Source: Octopus sinensis (taxonomy: Eukaryota). Taken from it: a DNA stretch of 16,531 bases. Position 1 is the stretch's first letter. The number at the start of each line of letters is the position of its first letter. The stretch spans positions 1-16,531 of the forward strand of contig NW_021825147.1 in assembly GCF_006345805.1 (NCBI RefSeq). The letters are read 5' to 3'. Position numbers and translations under genes: made by a program. Positions 16,100 through 16,531 of the stretch are shown piece by piece. Under the pieces are notes generated by a model. That model was not told the DNA's origin. It made no database searches and worked only from the letters and a program-made list of their open reading frames with translations.

Positions 16100-16531
16100 C
16101 GCAAAATGGCTATTGATATGCATTGGAAAAGCCATGTCCGTTCCCGATGATCATTTCTCCTTAAATTTTATATTCAAAATAGCACGCTGTTTTATATCTA
16201 AATGTCTTCGTACTCAAATCAAATAAGGGTGATTGCATTAATTGATTCTGACATTTTCCCTTGCCTCAACCTTTTAGATGATATCATTGGTTTTCAAATT
16301 CGTAAATTCGGCTTAAAGCATTTTATAATTCCTTGATCCATTGGTTGTAAGAACCGAGGAAGTTCTAGGAGGCAAAAAAAGAATTTCAATAGAGTTTAAC
16401 GTGACAATAATTTGATGAGATGGGAATTGATCTATTGCAAGTAGAATTTTTTTTTTCTTCGCAAGTTCACAATCAAAATCATTGAGCCACTTGTTGAAAA
16501 TTTCACGTTTATCATGCCTTTTTGGAAGGGT
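16100..16531 (-). mobile_element. pogo/Tigger-type (DDE_1) transposase fragment, DD30D, decayed and cut by the window edge
   Basis: EIFNKWLNDFDCELAKKKKILLAIDQFPSH...LFLPPRTSSVLQPMDQGIIKCFK. I count 30 residues D to D after correcting one extra base. The lower boundary is approximate. Confidence 0.88.

Noticed and set aside
1-16531. Whole window being microsporidian (AT-rich, divergent H3, RLE elements)
   Set aside because: The 1,667-nt 18S with TAGTCATATGC after the 5' helix and a distinct ITS1 does not fit the much shorter microsporidian SSU. A mixed origin for individual pieces remains possible.

Overview
This is AT-rich eukaryotic DNA with no intact protein-coding gene. It is a dense mosaic of roughly 20 pieces (about 0.03-2.3 kb), and nearly every identifiable piece comes from a multi-copy family. 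(1) An orphan rDNA unit (5'ETS, full-length 1,667-nt 18S, ITS1) lacks 5.8S/28S and runs straight into a histone H3 ATG. (2) There are broken histone genes: two overlapping H3 halves in opposite orientation, plus 5'-truncated H4 and H2A fused head-to-head. (3) DNA transposons include a near-intact IR-DR Tc1 with DD35E spacing, a deleted DD34E Tc1, two hAT elements tail-to-tail, a separate hAT left end, a pogo-type DD30D fragment and an internally deleted Helitron. (4) Non-LTR retrotransposon scraps come from several clades: RLE/R4-like x3, CRE-like, RTE-like and two I/Jockey-like RT pieces. From memory, not a database search, the short divergent 18S looks like dicyemid (Dicyema, cephalopod renal symbiont) 18S. 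Several junctions carry microhomology or short templated duplications, and two composite blocks are bounded by 25-32 bp direct repeats. This could be a real rearrangement or eccDNA-capture locus. However, pervasive single-base indels mean an amplification or long-read chimera has to be excluded first. I see no prokaryotic system and no CRISPR array.
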